Source of the DNA: Mobula hypostoma
Taxonomy: Eukaryota
Reading direction: 5' to 3'
Assembly (NCBI RefSeq): GCF_963921235.1
Contig: NC_086097.1
Location: 17,174,001-17,238,000 of the forward strand
DNA: 64,000 nt
Shown here one piece after another: positions 1 to 10,228 of the stretch. How positions within the stretch are numbered: the stretch's first letter is position 1; every line of letters starts with the position of its first letter. The notes below the pieces were generated by a model. The model did no database searches. It saw only the letters and a program-made list of their open reading frames with translations, and had not been told where the DNA came from. The translations under genes were made by a program, and so were the position numbers.

Positions 1-520
1 TATCTTAGAGAGGATGTGCTGAAATTGGAGAGGGTTCAAAGGAGGTTCATGAAAATAATTTCAGGATGGAATGGCTTGTCATATGAAGAGCTTCTAATGG
101 CACTGGACCTGTATTCACTCAAATTCTTAAGAATGAGGGTGACCTCATTGAAACCTATTGAATGGTGAAAGTGTTTGGTGGAATGGATGTGGAGGGGATA
201 TTTCCTATAGTGGGACAGTCTAAGACCAGAAGACATAGCCTCAGAATAGAGGGATGTCCTTTTAGAATGGAGATGAGAAAGAATTTCTTTAGCCTGAGAG
301 TGGTGAACCTGGGGAATTCTTGCCACAAGCAGTTGTGTAGAACAAGTCTTTATGTATATTTATGGTGGAGGTTGATAGATTCTTGATTGGTTAGGGCATG
401 AGGGATACAGGGAGAAGGCAGGAGACTGGGGCTGAGAGGAAAATTGGATTATCCATGAAGAAATGGTGGAGCATTGGGCCAAATAGTCTATTTCTGCTCC
501 TATATCTTGTGGTTGTATGG
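1..520 (+). mobile_element. CR1-clade LINE 3' fragment (degraded), cut by window edge
   Basis: Translates to CR1 ORF2 C-terminal motifs (…HSLRIEGCPFRMEMRKNFFSLRVVNL…), followed by a CR1-type 3' UTR ending ctgctcctatatcttgtgg. Confidence 0.85.
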
Positions 521-524
521 GTCA

Positions 525-1625
525 GATCTACTGTATAAGCATTTGGACAGACAGGGACTGATTCGGGGTAGTGAACATGGCATTGCGAATAGTAGGTCAC
601 AGCTAACCAATCTTGAGTTTTTCGAGGAAATTATCAGGAAAGGTGATGAAGGCAAGGCAGTGGATAGACATCAGCAAGGCCTTTGACAAGTCCCATATGA
701 GCGGTTGATTAAGAAGTTTCAGTGGCTTGGCATTCAAGATGAGGTAGTAAATTGGATTAGACATTGGCTTTGCAGAAAAAAACAGAGTGGTCGTAGATAT
801 TTGCCTCTCTGACTGGAGGCCTGTGATTAGTGGTGTGATGCAGGGATCAGTGCTGGGTCCATTGTTTGTCATCTATATCAATGATCAGGATGTTAGTGTG
901 GTAAACTGGATCATCAAATTTGCAGATGGCATCAAGATTGAGCATGTAGTGGATATTGAGAAGGTCTATCAAAGCTTGCAGTGGGATCAGGACCAAGTGT
1001 AAAAATGGCAGATAGAATTTAATGCAAGTAAGTGTGAGGTGTTGCACTTTGGGAGGTAGGTCTTACACAGTGAGCGTTAGGGTACTGAGGAGTGCATAGA
1101 ACAGAGGGATTCAGGAATATAGATCCACAATTCCTTGAATGCAGCATCACAGGTAGATAAGGTTGAAGGAGTGCAGAGAAATAGTACAAGGATGTTGCCA
1201 GTTCTTGAGGACTTGAATTAAAGAAGGAGATTGAATAGTTTAGGACTTTATTCTCTAGAACATAGAAGATTGAGGGGATATTTGATAGGGATATACAAAA
1301 TTATGAGGATATACATAGAGTGAATGCAAGCAGACTTTTCCCACTAAGGTTGGGTGAGACTACAACTTGAAGTCATGGGTTAAGGGTGAAAGGTGAAATG
1401 CTTAAAGTGAACATGAGGTGGAACTTCTTCACTCAGTGTGGTGGGAGTGTGGAATGAGCTGTTCGGGCACTGAGGAGCGCATATAACAGTTCTTCGATAT
1501 TCACTACAATGAGCAACTTGTGGATGTGGAGTTGATTCCAATATTTAAGAGAAATTTAATCACATGGGTGTAATTGAGTGGCGTGGGCTCATTGGGCTGG
1601 AAGACCCTATTATCATGCTGTATCT
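525..1625 (+). mobile_element. CR1-clade LINE, degraded RT and 3' end
   Basis: Motifs [19 protein letters not shown] and KFADG (RT5, normally FADD); multiple frameshifts. Confidence 0.85.
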
Positions 1626-2692
1626 CTAATTAAAAATAAAATAAATATGCATTCATTTTCATGCTCACACACAACCTCACAAACACTTCCAGAAGCAGAT
1701 GTACATGCATATTCACACCCACACCCCGGAGCTCAATATTCTCAGTTAAATACTGTACGTGTACACATTCATGTTATGGTGGTGTGATGTCCAAAGTCAC
1801 CCTACTCAGAGCTACCTAACAGTGTATTTATTGAATTCAGGATGAGGTGCTCACATGCATCCAGCAGATGTGGACACGCTGTGGGAGATACAGTGTCAAC
1901 CAAACAGTCGGCCTTCAGTAGAAACTGTTTTTTTTTTGTTGTTGCCATTTTGATTTGGCTCACTCCTAAGGATGTATGGGCTGATTCTTCAGTATCCATT
2001 GTAATTCTGAGAGTAAGAGATGAAAGAGTTCATCCAGGGAAAGAATGGAAATATGGGTATGGAGATTGATGGGAATCCTTTATTTGTCCCTGAGAGGGTG
2101 GTGGTGTACTTCCTTCTTGAACTGCTGTGCTTGGTTGGATAAAAATGGCAGGGCAACATTAGATGAGATGTTCTGTGACTAACCTTAAGAAGCTTATATA
2201 TAATCTGTTTTGATTTAATTGCAGTCAACATACTTTAGTGGCATAAAGAAAATGGGCTCTTACATAAAGTTTTACATGTTGAACTGCTCAGGCATTAGTG
2301 AGAATATTGCTCTATGTTTGAAAGCACTAAATGGTGCCATTAAGGCAGAAATTCTCCCCATGGGTCTCCTAAAACTGTAAATAGAACCTATCATCTTGTT
2401 GGTATTTTATCCAAATTGCCATCTTATGATTTGTATTTTGTGCCAACTTCAAGCTATTTGACTTGGACTGTATTGTGGTAGCACAACATCTATAATTTCA
2501 ATTGGTCAGGGGCCAGGAAGTTAATCATAATCTCCCAACTTTTTTATCATAAGCAGAATCAGAACACTTCGTGAGGAGGAGGATTTGATTAGTCACATCC
2601 TGAGTGTGCCAGCTCACAATTAGCCAAATTAATGCCTTCAACTCACAGATCTTTAGGACATCCTCACTTTTGCTAATTATTATGCTTAAACC

Positions 2693-3197
2693 TTTTCAGG
2701 GCGGTTAGTCCACCTTTGGTCCCCACCTGGCACTCAGCTCTCACCTGTGGCTCCCTGTAGCTGTTTGCATGCGACAGCGGCCACACCCCGGGCAATGGCT
2801 TCGACAAGCCGGCTAAACCAGGTGAGGGTAGCTGACGGGTCCTCAAGCCCTCGGTGAGATAGGAAGTTGTCTATCCCAGCATGTGAAGACAGATTCCGGT
2901 GGATTGAGCAGACGAGACCAATGGAAAGTCAAACGGTCAAGAAGGCGGTCTCTTCAAGCGTTGTGGAACGTGTAGAGCACGACAAGACACAGAAGATGTC
3001 CTTGTCATCCACTGTGCCTAGTCCCATCTCTAGCTGTCTAGACTCTGTCTTGCCACTGGATCCAGATGGGAATTGGAAAGAGAGAGTGAGGCTGATGCTG
3101 CGCAACTCTCCCTCACTTAAATCCAAATCACGCGCTAGTCTCGACACCATCATAATGGTGTCGAGGTCCTCATCGACGTCAATGATGGATGAACACC
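2693..3197 (+). mobile_element. Non-autonomous RTE-type retroposon (RTE 5'UTR-like body plus short hairpin tail)
   Basis: Flanked by TSD cttaaacc (2685-2692 / 3201-3208; 11 bp with one mismatch); CpG-rich; 3' hairpin 3140-3165; collinear motifs with elements at 26106 and 30255. Confidence 0.75.
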
Positions 3198-3319
3198 ATA
3201 CTTAAACCATAAGAGGTGACAAAATCCAATGAAGTTATTGTCAGAATTAATGTAGAGTCGTACACTGCACTTGATCACCAAAATACTATTCTCAGCAAAT
3301 GTCAGGAAACAAAGAAAAA

Positions 3320-4160
3320 TAGAGTCATGGACTCAGTACTATAACTCAAAAAGAGGCCCTTCAGCCCATCTAGTCTGTGCTATACTGTTATTCTGCTTGG
3401 TTCCATCAACCTGAACCTGAACCATAGCTCTACCATCCACATACTTATCCAAATTTCTCTTAACTGCTGAAATCAGACTTGCACTCACCACTTCCATTGG
3501 CAGCTCATTCCACACTGCATGCCTTCTGAGTGAAAAAGATCCCCCCCCAGCATCCTCTTATATATTTCACCTTTCACACTTAACGTATGACCTTCAGTGG
3601 TCGTCTCACCCAACCTCAATGGAAAAAGCCTGTTGGCATTTACCCTATCTATACCCCTCATAATTTTGTATGCCTCTATCAAATATCCCATCATCCTCCA
3701 ATGCTCAAGAGAGTACAATCCTAACTTATTCAACCTTTCTCTATAATTTAAACATAGAAACATAGAAACATAGAAAATAGGTGCAGGAGTAGGCCATTCG
3801 GCCCTTCGAGCCTGCACCACCATTTATTATGATCATGGCTGATCATCCAACTCAGAAGCCCGCCCCAGCCTTCCCTCCATACCCCCTGACCCCCGTAGCC
3901 ACAAGGGCCATATCTAACTCCCTCTTAAATATAGCCAATGAACTGGCCTCAACAGTTTCCTGTGGCAGAGAATTCCACAGATTCACCACTCTCTGTGTGA
4001 AGAAGTTTTTCCTAATCTCGGTCCTAAAAGGCTTCCCCCCTATCCTCAAACTGTGACCCCTCGTTCTGGAAAACGAAGTCTTCCAAGTCTGCAAGTCCTG
4101 GCAACCTCTTTCTAAGTTTCCTCTGTACTCTTTAAATCTTATGTCTCTTTCCTGTTGTTT
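3320..4160 (-). mobile_element. Older CR1 3' fragment interrupted by a younger CR1
   Basis: Minus-strand YRERLNKLGLYSLE…GYLIEAYKIMRGIDRV; host sequence resumes at ~4085 (aagtcctggcaacc). Confidence 0.8.
3751..4070 (-). mobile_element. Young 5'-truncated CR1 with (TTTCTATG)n tail
   Basis: SRTRGHSLRIGGKPFRTEIRKNFFTQRVVNLWNSLP; + strand (atagaaac)n tail; sister subfamily of the 56337 copy. Confidence 0.9.
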
Positions 4161-4799
4161 ATAAAAGGTTAAGTGGCAATCTTATATTAAATATGAGCAA
4201 GGAAACTTCCCTGGGATTCTCTTTTGAAAAAAAAAGTAACGTAGAAAACATTAGAAAAGTACATGTGCAAGGGCATCTTTCCTAAAATCAGTCAGAGGAA
4301 TGATATGGATGAATCCTTTTCCATTGCACCTTCTGTTCTTCTCGAAAGCTTCCACGAATTATTATTGCCAAATGCAGTATTAGGGTAAGTGTGGCTACTA
4401 TTATGACATTGGCAGCAACGCTATAACTTAAGTAAAGACAGAAATGTTGTCTTGACAAAATACTGGCAAAACCCGGAGGAAATATCATTGCTGTGGCCAT
4501 TGTAGATCATGTGACATCATTTGCATGTGCTTAAACTGGCTGATCATTGGCATTTTTAATGTAAACAGGAGAGAATTCATCATCAGAAATATGAACCTGT
4601 TTTAATCTGATGCCCTAAATTCTTCATTTTTGAACTCAACTCAAATTTAATGGGAAGTTGATCAGAATTTTTAAAATTCATTACAGATGAGGAATTTTCT
4701 ATAAGTCTGACATTTGTTGTGCTTGAAAGAATGATAATGAAGTAAAGGTCAGCTTGATTTGTCACATGTATAGCAAAACATGCAATGAAATGCGTCAAT

Positions 4800-5125
4800 A
4801 ATTGGTTAGACTTTTTCCATTGAGAGTGGGAAAGATTCAAACAAGTGGACATGGGTTGAGAGTTAGAGGACAAAAGTTTCGGGGTAACATGAGGGGTAAC
4901 TTCTTTACTCAGAGTGGTAGCTGTGTGGAACGAGCTTCCAGCAGAAGTGGTTGAGGCAGGTTCTATGTTGTCGTTTAAAGTTAAACTGGATAGATATATG
5001 GACAGGAAAGGAATGGAGGGTTATGGGCTGAGTGCAGGTCGCTGGGACTAGGATAGGGTAAGAGTTCGGCACGGACTAGAAGGGCCAAGATGGCCTGTTT
5101 CCGTGCTGTAATTGTTATATGGTTA
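4800..5125 (+). mobile_element. CR1 3' end
   Basis: GNFFTQ…WNELP-like segment and tail ggcctgtttccgtgctgtaattgttatatgg; same tail family at 60345-60455. Confidence 0.85.
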
Positions 5126-5335
5126 CTGCATCTGGAGGAGCTCAGCAGACCAGGCAGCATCTACAGGAAAGAGTAATCTGTCGATGTTTTGGGGCGAGGA
5201 CTGATGAAGAGTCTCAGCCCGAAATGCTGACTGTTCACTCTTTTCCATAGATGCTGCCTGACTGGCTGAGTTCCTCCAGAATTTTGTGTGTGTGGCTTGG
5301 ATTTCGAGCATCTGCAGATTTTCTCTTCTTTGTCC
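5126..5335. mobile_element. Palindromic Penelope-like (pLTR-derived) element with degenerate minimal hammerhead motif
   Basis: ~70-bp imperfect inverted arms (5131-5198 / 5211-5280); CTGATGA-agagtctcagccc-GAAA at 5201-5224. Confidence 0.7.
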
Positions 5336-5964
5336 TTATAGACAGTGGCAGGAGTCAAACCCTGATCTTACAGCTGGTGCTGCAATAACGTTACGCAAAC
5401 CACATTGCTCCTTTCGTTAAGCTACCTTCTTGAGCTGATGCTATTTTGTGACATTGCAGGCACAGTAAAGTTTGGTCAGGTTTTCTGTATAAACATGAAG
5501 GCACAGGGGCCCATGTGTATTACAATCACTGTGACTTGATGTAGAAAAATTCCAGTAAGTGTTGCAACAAATCAAAGTATCTTCTTTGATGGATTTCCAC
5601 ATGTTAAATTGTGGAATTGTGAGTACAGTCTATACTCAATGTTTGCGTAGATCAAAAGATGCATTCAAATTGATCGTGTATAAAGCAACTAACTTCTGCA
5701 ATTACTTGAACTGCGAGAATGCAACAATTTTCAGTCATCACAAAGCACTGGAGGGAAATACTACAGAATCCAAGGCGTAGTACCATTGCATGGAATTACT
5801 TTGTGAAGTACAAGAGGGGACAGTTCTGTCAGAAAGCAGACAAGCTGAGATGATAGTAAACTGGTGCACCTCCAACTGTTCTCTGTCCTTGTCACCATTA
5901 TCTCCTTTAGCTGTTGTAGGTCGCAGAACTTGACAGTAAAGAAACCAGTATCTGAAGTAGGGGC

Positions 5965-6305
5965 AGTACAGAAACAATCCTTCAATTCATCGAGTCCACA
6001 TGGGCCACCAAGCACCCATGCTTACACTACCTTACCTGTTTCATTCTTATTTTGATAACAAATTTACTTTGATTTTGAATTTTCATTATTCTCATCAATT
6101 GTCCCTCAAATTCTGCCACTCTCGGGGCAAATTTACAATGTCCAATTAACCAACCGGCCTGTACATTCTTAGAGTGTGGGAGGAAACTGGAGCCCAGGTC
6201 ACAGAGAGAATGTGCGAACTCCACACAAGGAGCACTGCAGGACAGGACTAAATGTGAGTCAGTGGGACAGACAGGCAGCAACTCTACGAGCTGTACCTAT
6301 GTGCC
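5965..6305 (-). mobile_element. V-domain (HE1-related) SINE, degraded
   Basis: + strand shows the reverse V-domain gagtgtgggaggaaactggagc…gagaatgtgcgaactccacac. Confidence 0.7.
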
Positions 6306-6464
6306 ATATGGAAGGATTGTGTTCCCAGAAAACTGACCATATCACGATTTCCTGCAATGGAAACACCCTTTCCCCAACAAATCCCATGTTATAAGTGGAG
6401 GTACATTCCCACAGTTGTTTTTTCTCATGTTAAGTCATATTATCAGTGATGATCAAGTAACTCT

Positions 6465-6745
6465 CCACTGTGGTAGAGCAGTGGTCAGCCCATTGCTTTG
6501 CAGTACCATTGACCCGAGTTCAATTCCTGCCACTGTCTGTAAGGTGTCTGTATGTTCTCCCCGTCAACGCGTGGGATTCCTCTGGATGTTCCGTTTCCTC
6601 CACCAGGCCAAAGACTGGTAGGTTGTCCCATGTAAATTGTAAATGGTCCCATGATCAGGCTAGGGTTAAATCAGGGGGGCTTAGGCATGAGGCTTGAAGA
6701 TGTAGAAGGACCAATTCTGCGCCGTATCTCAATAAATAAATAAAT
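6465..6745 (+). mobile_element. HE1-type tRNA-derived V-SINE
   Basis: tRNA-like head (tggtagagcagtggt…gagttcaattcc); V-domain tgttctccccgt…gcgtgggattcctctggatgttccgtttcctc; (taaa)n tail. Confidence 0.8.
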
Positions 6746-7489
6746 TGGCAGCTGAAGCGAACATTAGATTTGATGGGGGGAGGGGACAAGCGTTGATGGG
6801 GGTGGGGGGGGCAACATAATGTCACATCAGTTAGGTTGGCAGTCACAGCCCAGCCTCTCCTTTACCCTTTCCAGTCCAAGGACACGTGAAGGGAAGTCCA
6901 GGTGTGCTGCACTTCCCCGAGATCTCTGTCGTGTTGCAATGACTGAGGAAACCAGTGTAAATTTTTAATCTGCGGGTTAATCTACTCTGAAACTTCATTA
7001 TCATATGAGCAAGGAGAATGCTTACAGTTCCATAATAGAGATAAAAAAAAATTAGTGTAAGCCAGTAGTAAGAGGACTTGATATAAAATTTGTCAGAAAA
7101 ATTCTCTCAATTATAAAGTGCTTATCAGAACCTCAACTCATCCCTGATCTCTATATAAATCAATGGTGAACTTTCGAAGTGGGATCACTGCTGTAATGGA
7201 GAAATCAGACCAACCCAAACTGCATGGAGCAAGGCTTTCAAAACAGTAATAAGTAAAATAACCAATTCATCTGCTTTGCAGAGGTTGGTTTACATCTGAT
7301 TACCTCAAATTTCTCTAAGTGAGATGCATATTTTTGTAATTTTGACTTGGGCACCAGTTAAGCCCTTCTCCAGAGGTAACATGTGAACTGAACTTTTGGC
7401 AATACAATATTCCTTGGTGTTATCACTTCACTGGTCTTGGGCCCAGTGTGAAAGTGCAATTACTAAGAAAGCATAGCAGTGCCCCTAAT

Positions 7490-8325
7490 TCCTTAGGAGT
7501 TAGCGAAGATTCGGCATGACATCTGAGACTTTTACAAACTTTGATTATATGTGTGGCTGCATCCCAACCTGGTATGGAAGCATCAATGCCCTTGAACGGA
7601 AAAACCTACAAAAATTAATTGATACAGCCTAGTCCATCACTGGTAAATCTATTATCGAAGTACATATATGTCAGCATATAAAACCATGAGATTCACTTAC
7701 TTCCATACGAACTCAATAAATCCAACACACATAGCAGAATCTGTGGAGGACTACAACATCTGGACTCCACCATTGAGCAGATCGACACGGAGTATTATCA
7801 CAGGAAAGCAGCATCCATCATCAGGGACCACCACCACCCAGGTCATACACTCCTCTTGTTGCTGCCATCAGGAAGGAAGTACAGAAACCTTAGGACTCAC
7901 ACCAAGGTTCAAGGTTCAAACCTCCAGGTTCAAGAACAGTTAGTACCCTTTAACCACCAGGGTTTTGAACCTAAGAGGATAATTTCACTTAACTTCACTT
8001 GCACCATCACTGAAATGTTCCCACAACCTGCGGATTCACTTTCAGGGACTTTTCATTTCATATTCTAGATATTTATTGCTTGCCTGCTTGCTTATGTATC
8101 TATCTATTTATTTATCCATCCATCCATTTATCTATTTATCTGTCTATTTATTCTTTTTTTTCTTTTTGTATTTGCACAGCCCATAATCTTTTGCACCCTA
8201 GTTCTATACCTGGTTGCTGCAGTCTTTTATTGATTTATTATGGTTATTAGATTTATTGAGTATGCCCACAAGAAAATGATTCTCAGGATTGTCTATCATG
8301 ACATACTTTGATAATAAATTTATTC
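7490..8325 (+). mobile_element. Rex1/Babar LINE 3' part
   Basis: …HHPGHTLLLLLPSGRKYRNLRT; tail tctcaggattgt…tactttgataataaattt; carries a small inverted Rex-tail fragment at ~7650-7765. Confidence 0.8.
8085..8155. repeat. Compound (TATC)/(CCAT)/(TATT) microsatellite inside the Rex1 3' UTR
   Basis: Directly visible. Confidence 0.8.
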
Positions 8326-9286
8326 TGAGTGCAAGGGAACATTGGCTTAGATCCTCTAGGGGGCTTAGAGTGTGGCTGAAACCCATCGCCTTCTGACTCA
8401 GAGAAAACTTGAGGCTGCAAGTTGGCAGACAAATAGAAAATGTTTCAAATGCACAACAGCTAACTCAGAGCCTATGAAGATGAAAAAGAGATTTGTGGTT
8501 TGCTCTATTTGTCAGACAACAGGCATATGACTAATCCTTATATCAGAATGAATAAAAGAGGAGGAAGAATACATTGGAAATGAAAGGCTTTACAGGAAAA
8601 CTGTGGTTTTTGGTGATCAATGTAAGGTTATTTCACAGAATAAAGAAACGACATAAATAACAGCTGAGTTAAAACCTTAATGAGAAAGACAGAAAGTGCT
8701 GTAAATCTCAAATGGCAATCAAAGCAGAGGTCAATAGGGGTCAGGGAAAACAGATGGTAGGACCCCCAACAATTCCAGTGGAAAAAGTGTAAGCTGAATT
8801 ATTTCCTGACAAATATTCAGCATGTAACATTGCCACAGGATGGGGAAAAGTGGGTGCTTAAGAGGATTATTCTCCAGATAAAATTAATAGTTATTCTTCC
8901 AAACCAATATGATTATTAAAAATATCTTGGCTCTTAAGCGGCCAGTGCGTGAGTGGGCCAGTGAAGGAGTGGAGCTTTGAGGCTTTGACTTGAGAGATTC
9001 TGGCAGTTTTGGCAGTTGGTCTGTGCAATCAAGTCAATCAAGATTTGAATAGATCAGCAGAAAGCCGTTGATTAGACAATCAAGATTTGAATAGCTCAGA
9101 CTCAGCAGAAAGCAGCTGATTGGGCAGTCGAGGTCAGGTGACCAACATTTTGAAAAGCTCAAACAGATAAATAGAGAGATAGCTCAAGCAAGGCGGCCAG
9201 TGAAGGAGTAGAGCTTTGAGGCTTTGAATTGAGAGGCTTCGATGAGAAGAGGCTGAGGACAAGCTAGCTCGCAGTCAGTTTTTACA

Positions 9287-10228
9287 ATGTCTCCTGAGAC
9301 GGTGATGTGCCTCTCATGTGAGATGTGGCAGTCTTGGGGGAACACCTCTCTCCCGCAGAGTCACATCTGCCAGAAGTGCATACGGCTGGGCGATCTGGAA
9401 GACCGTGTAAGGAATCTGGAGCAGCAGCTGGATGACCTTTGACTCATGAGGGAGAATGAGGCAGTCATAGATGAGAGCTACAGGGAGGTAGTCACACCTA
9501 GGCTGTCGGAAGCAGGTCGTTGGGTGACAGTCAGAGGGGGGAAAGCGAAGGTGAGCAGACAGGTAGCGCAGAGCACCCCTGTAGCCATTCCCCTGAATAG
9601 TAAGTTTACCATCCTGGATACTGTTAGCGGGGACGACCAACCAGGTGTGAGCCACGGTGGCAGGGCCTCCGGCACTGAGTCTGACCCTGTGGTGCAGAAG
9701 GGTGGGACGGAGAAGAGGAGAGCTGTCGTCATTGGAGACTCTATAGTCAGGGGAGCAGACAGGAGATTCTGTGGACGTGAGAAGGACCCCCGCATGGTTT
9801 GTTGCCTCCCGGGTGCCAGGGTCCGGGATGTCTCTGACCGGGTGCACGACATCCTGGTACAAGAGGGAAAGCAACCAGAAGTCGTGATACATGTTGGGAC
9901 CAACGACATAGGCAGGGAGAGGGATGAGGTGCTGCAGTGTGAGTTTCGGGAATTAGGCAGAAGGCTGAAGAACAGGACCTCAAGGGTGACGTTCTCAGGA
10001 TTGCTGCCAGTGCTACGTGACAGAGATGGTAAGAATTGGAGGAGATGACAGTTGAATGCGTGGCTGAGGAGTTGGTGCAGGGAGCAGGGTTTTAGATTTT
10101 TAGATCATTGGGATCTCTTCTGGGGAAGGTAGGACCTGTACAGATTGGATGGGTTGCACCTGAACTCAAGGGGGAGCAATATCCTTGCAGGTAGGTTTGC
10201 TAGCATGGTTCGGGAGGGTTTAAACTAA
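9287..10228 (+). pseudogene. CR1 ORF1: CxxC/CxxC zinc finger, leucine zipper and SGNH esterase; 3 in-frame stops
   Basis: MSPETVMCLSCEMW…HICQKCIRLGDLEDRVRNLEQQLDDL; GDSIVRG, HVGTND, DGLHL; stops at 9440, 10046 and 10130; TAA at 10226. Confidence 0.9.

Larger units (their letters stand above)
7160..8420 (-). mobile_element. Ancient Deu-type SINE (SacSINE1/AmnSINE-like), split by a Rex1 insertion
   Basis: 7160-7290 resembles the Deu-SINE body (ctttcgaagtgggatcactgctgtaatgga…gagcaaggctttcaaaacagtaat); 8340-8420 resembles the tRNA head (tgaaacccatcgccttctgactcagag); recognised from memory of the consensus. Confidence 0.5.

Noticed and set aside
2811..2870. Twister-ribozyme-like loop gggtcctcaagccc with upstream UAA-ACC and downstream GGU-GAG
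   Set aside because: No P1 helix can be formed and the pseudoknot pairings do not fit; the motif is not kept in the 30423 copy
2867..3205. 112-aa ORF
   Set aside because: Lies inside a TSD-bounded non-autonomous element; no domain motifs
4288..4500. Hydrophobic 70-aa minus-strand ORF, and a 36-nt + strand exon-like segment ending at gtaagt (~4349-4384)
   Set aside because: No recognisable homology; conflicting strands; compatible with chance
5761..6015. 84-aa minus-strand ORF with a protein-like middle (FCDLQQLKEIMV…)
   Set aside because: N-terminus derives from a SINE tail; splice sites weak; peptide not recognised
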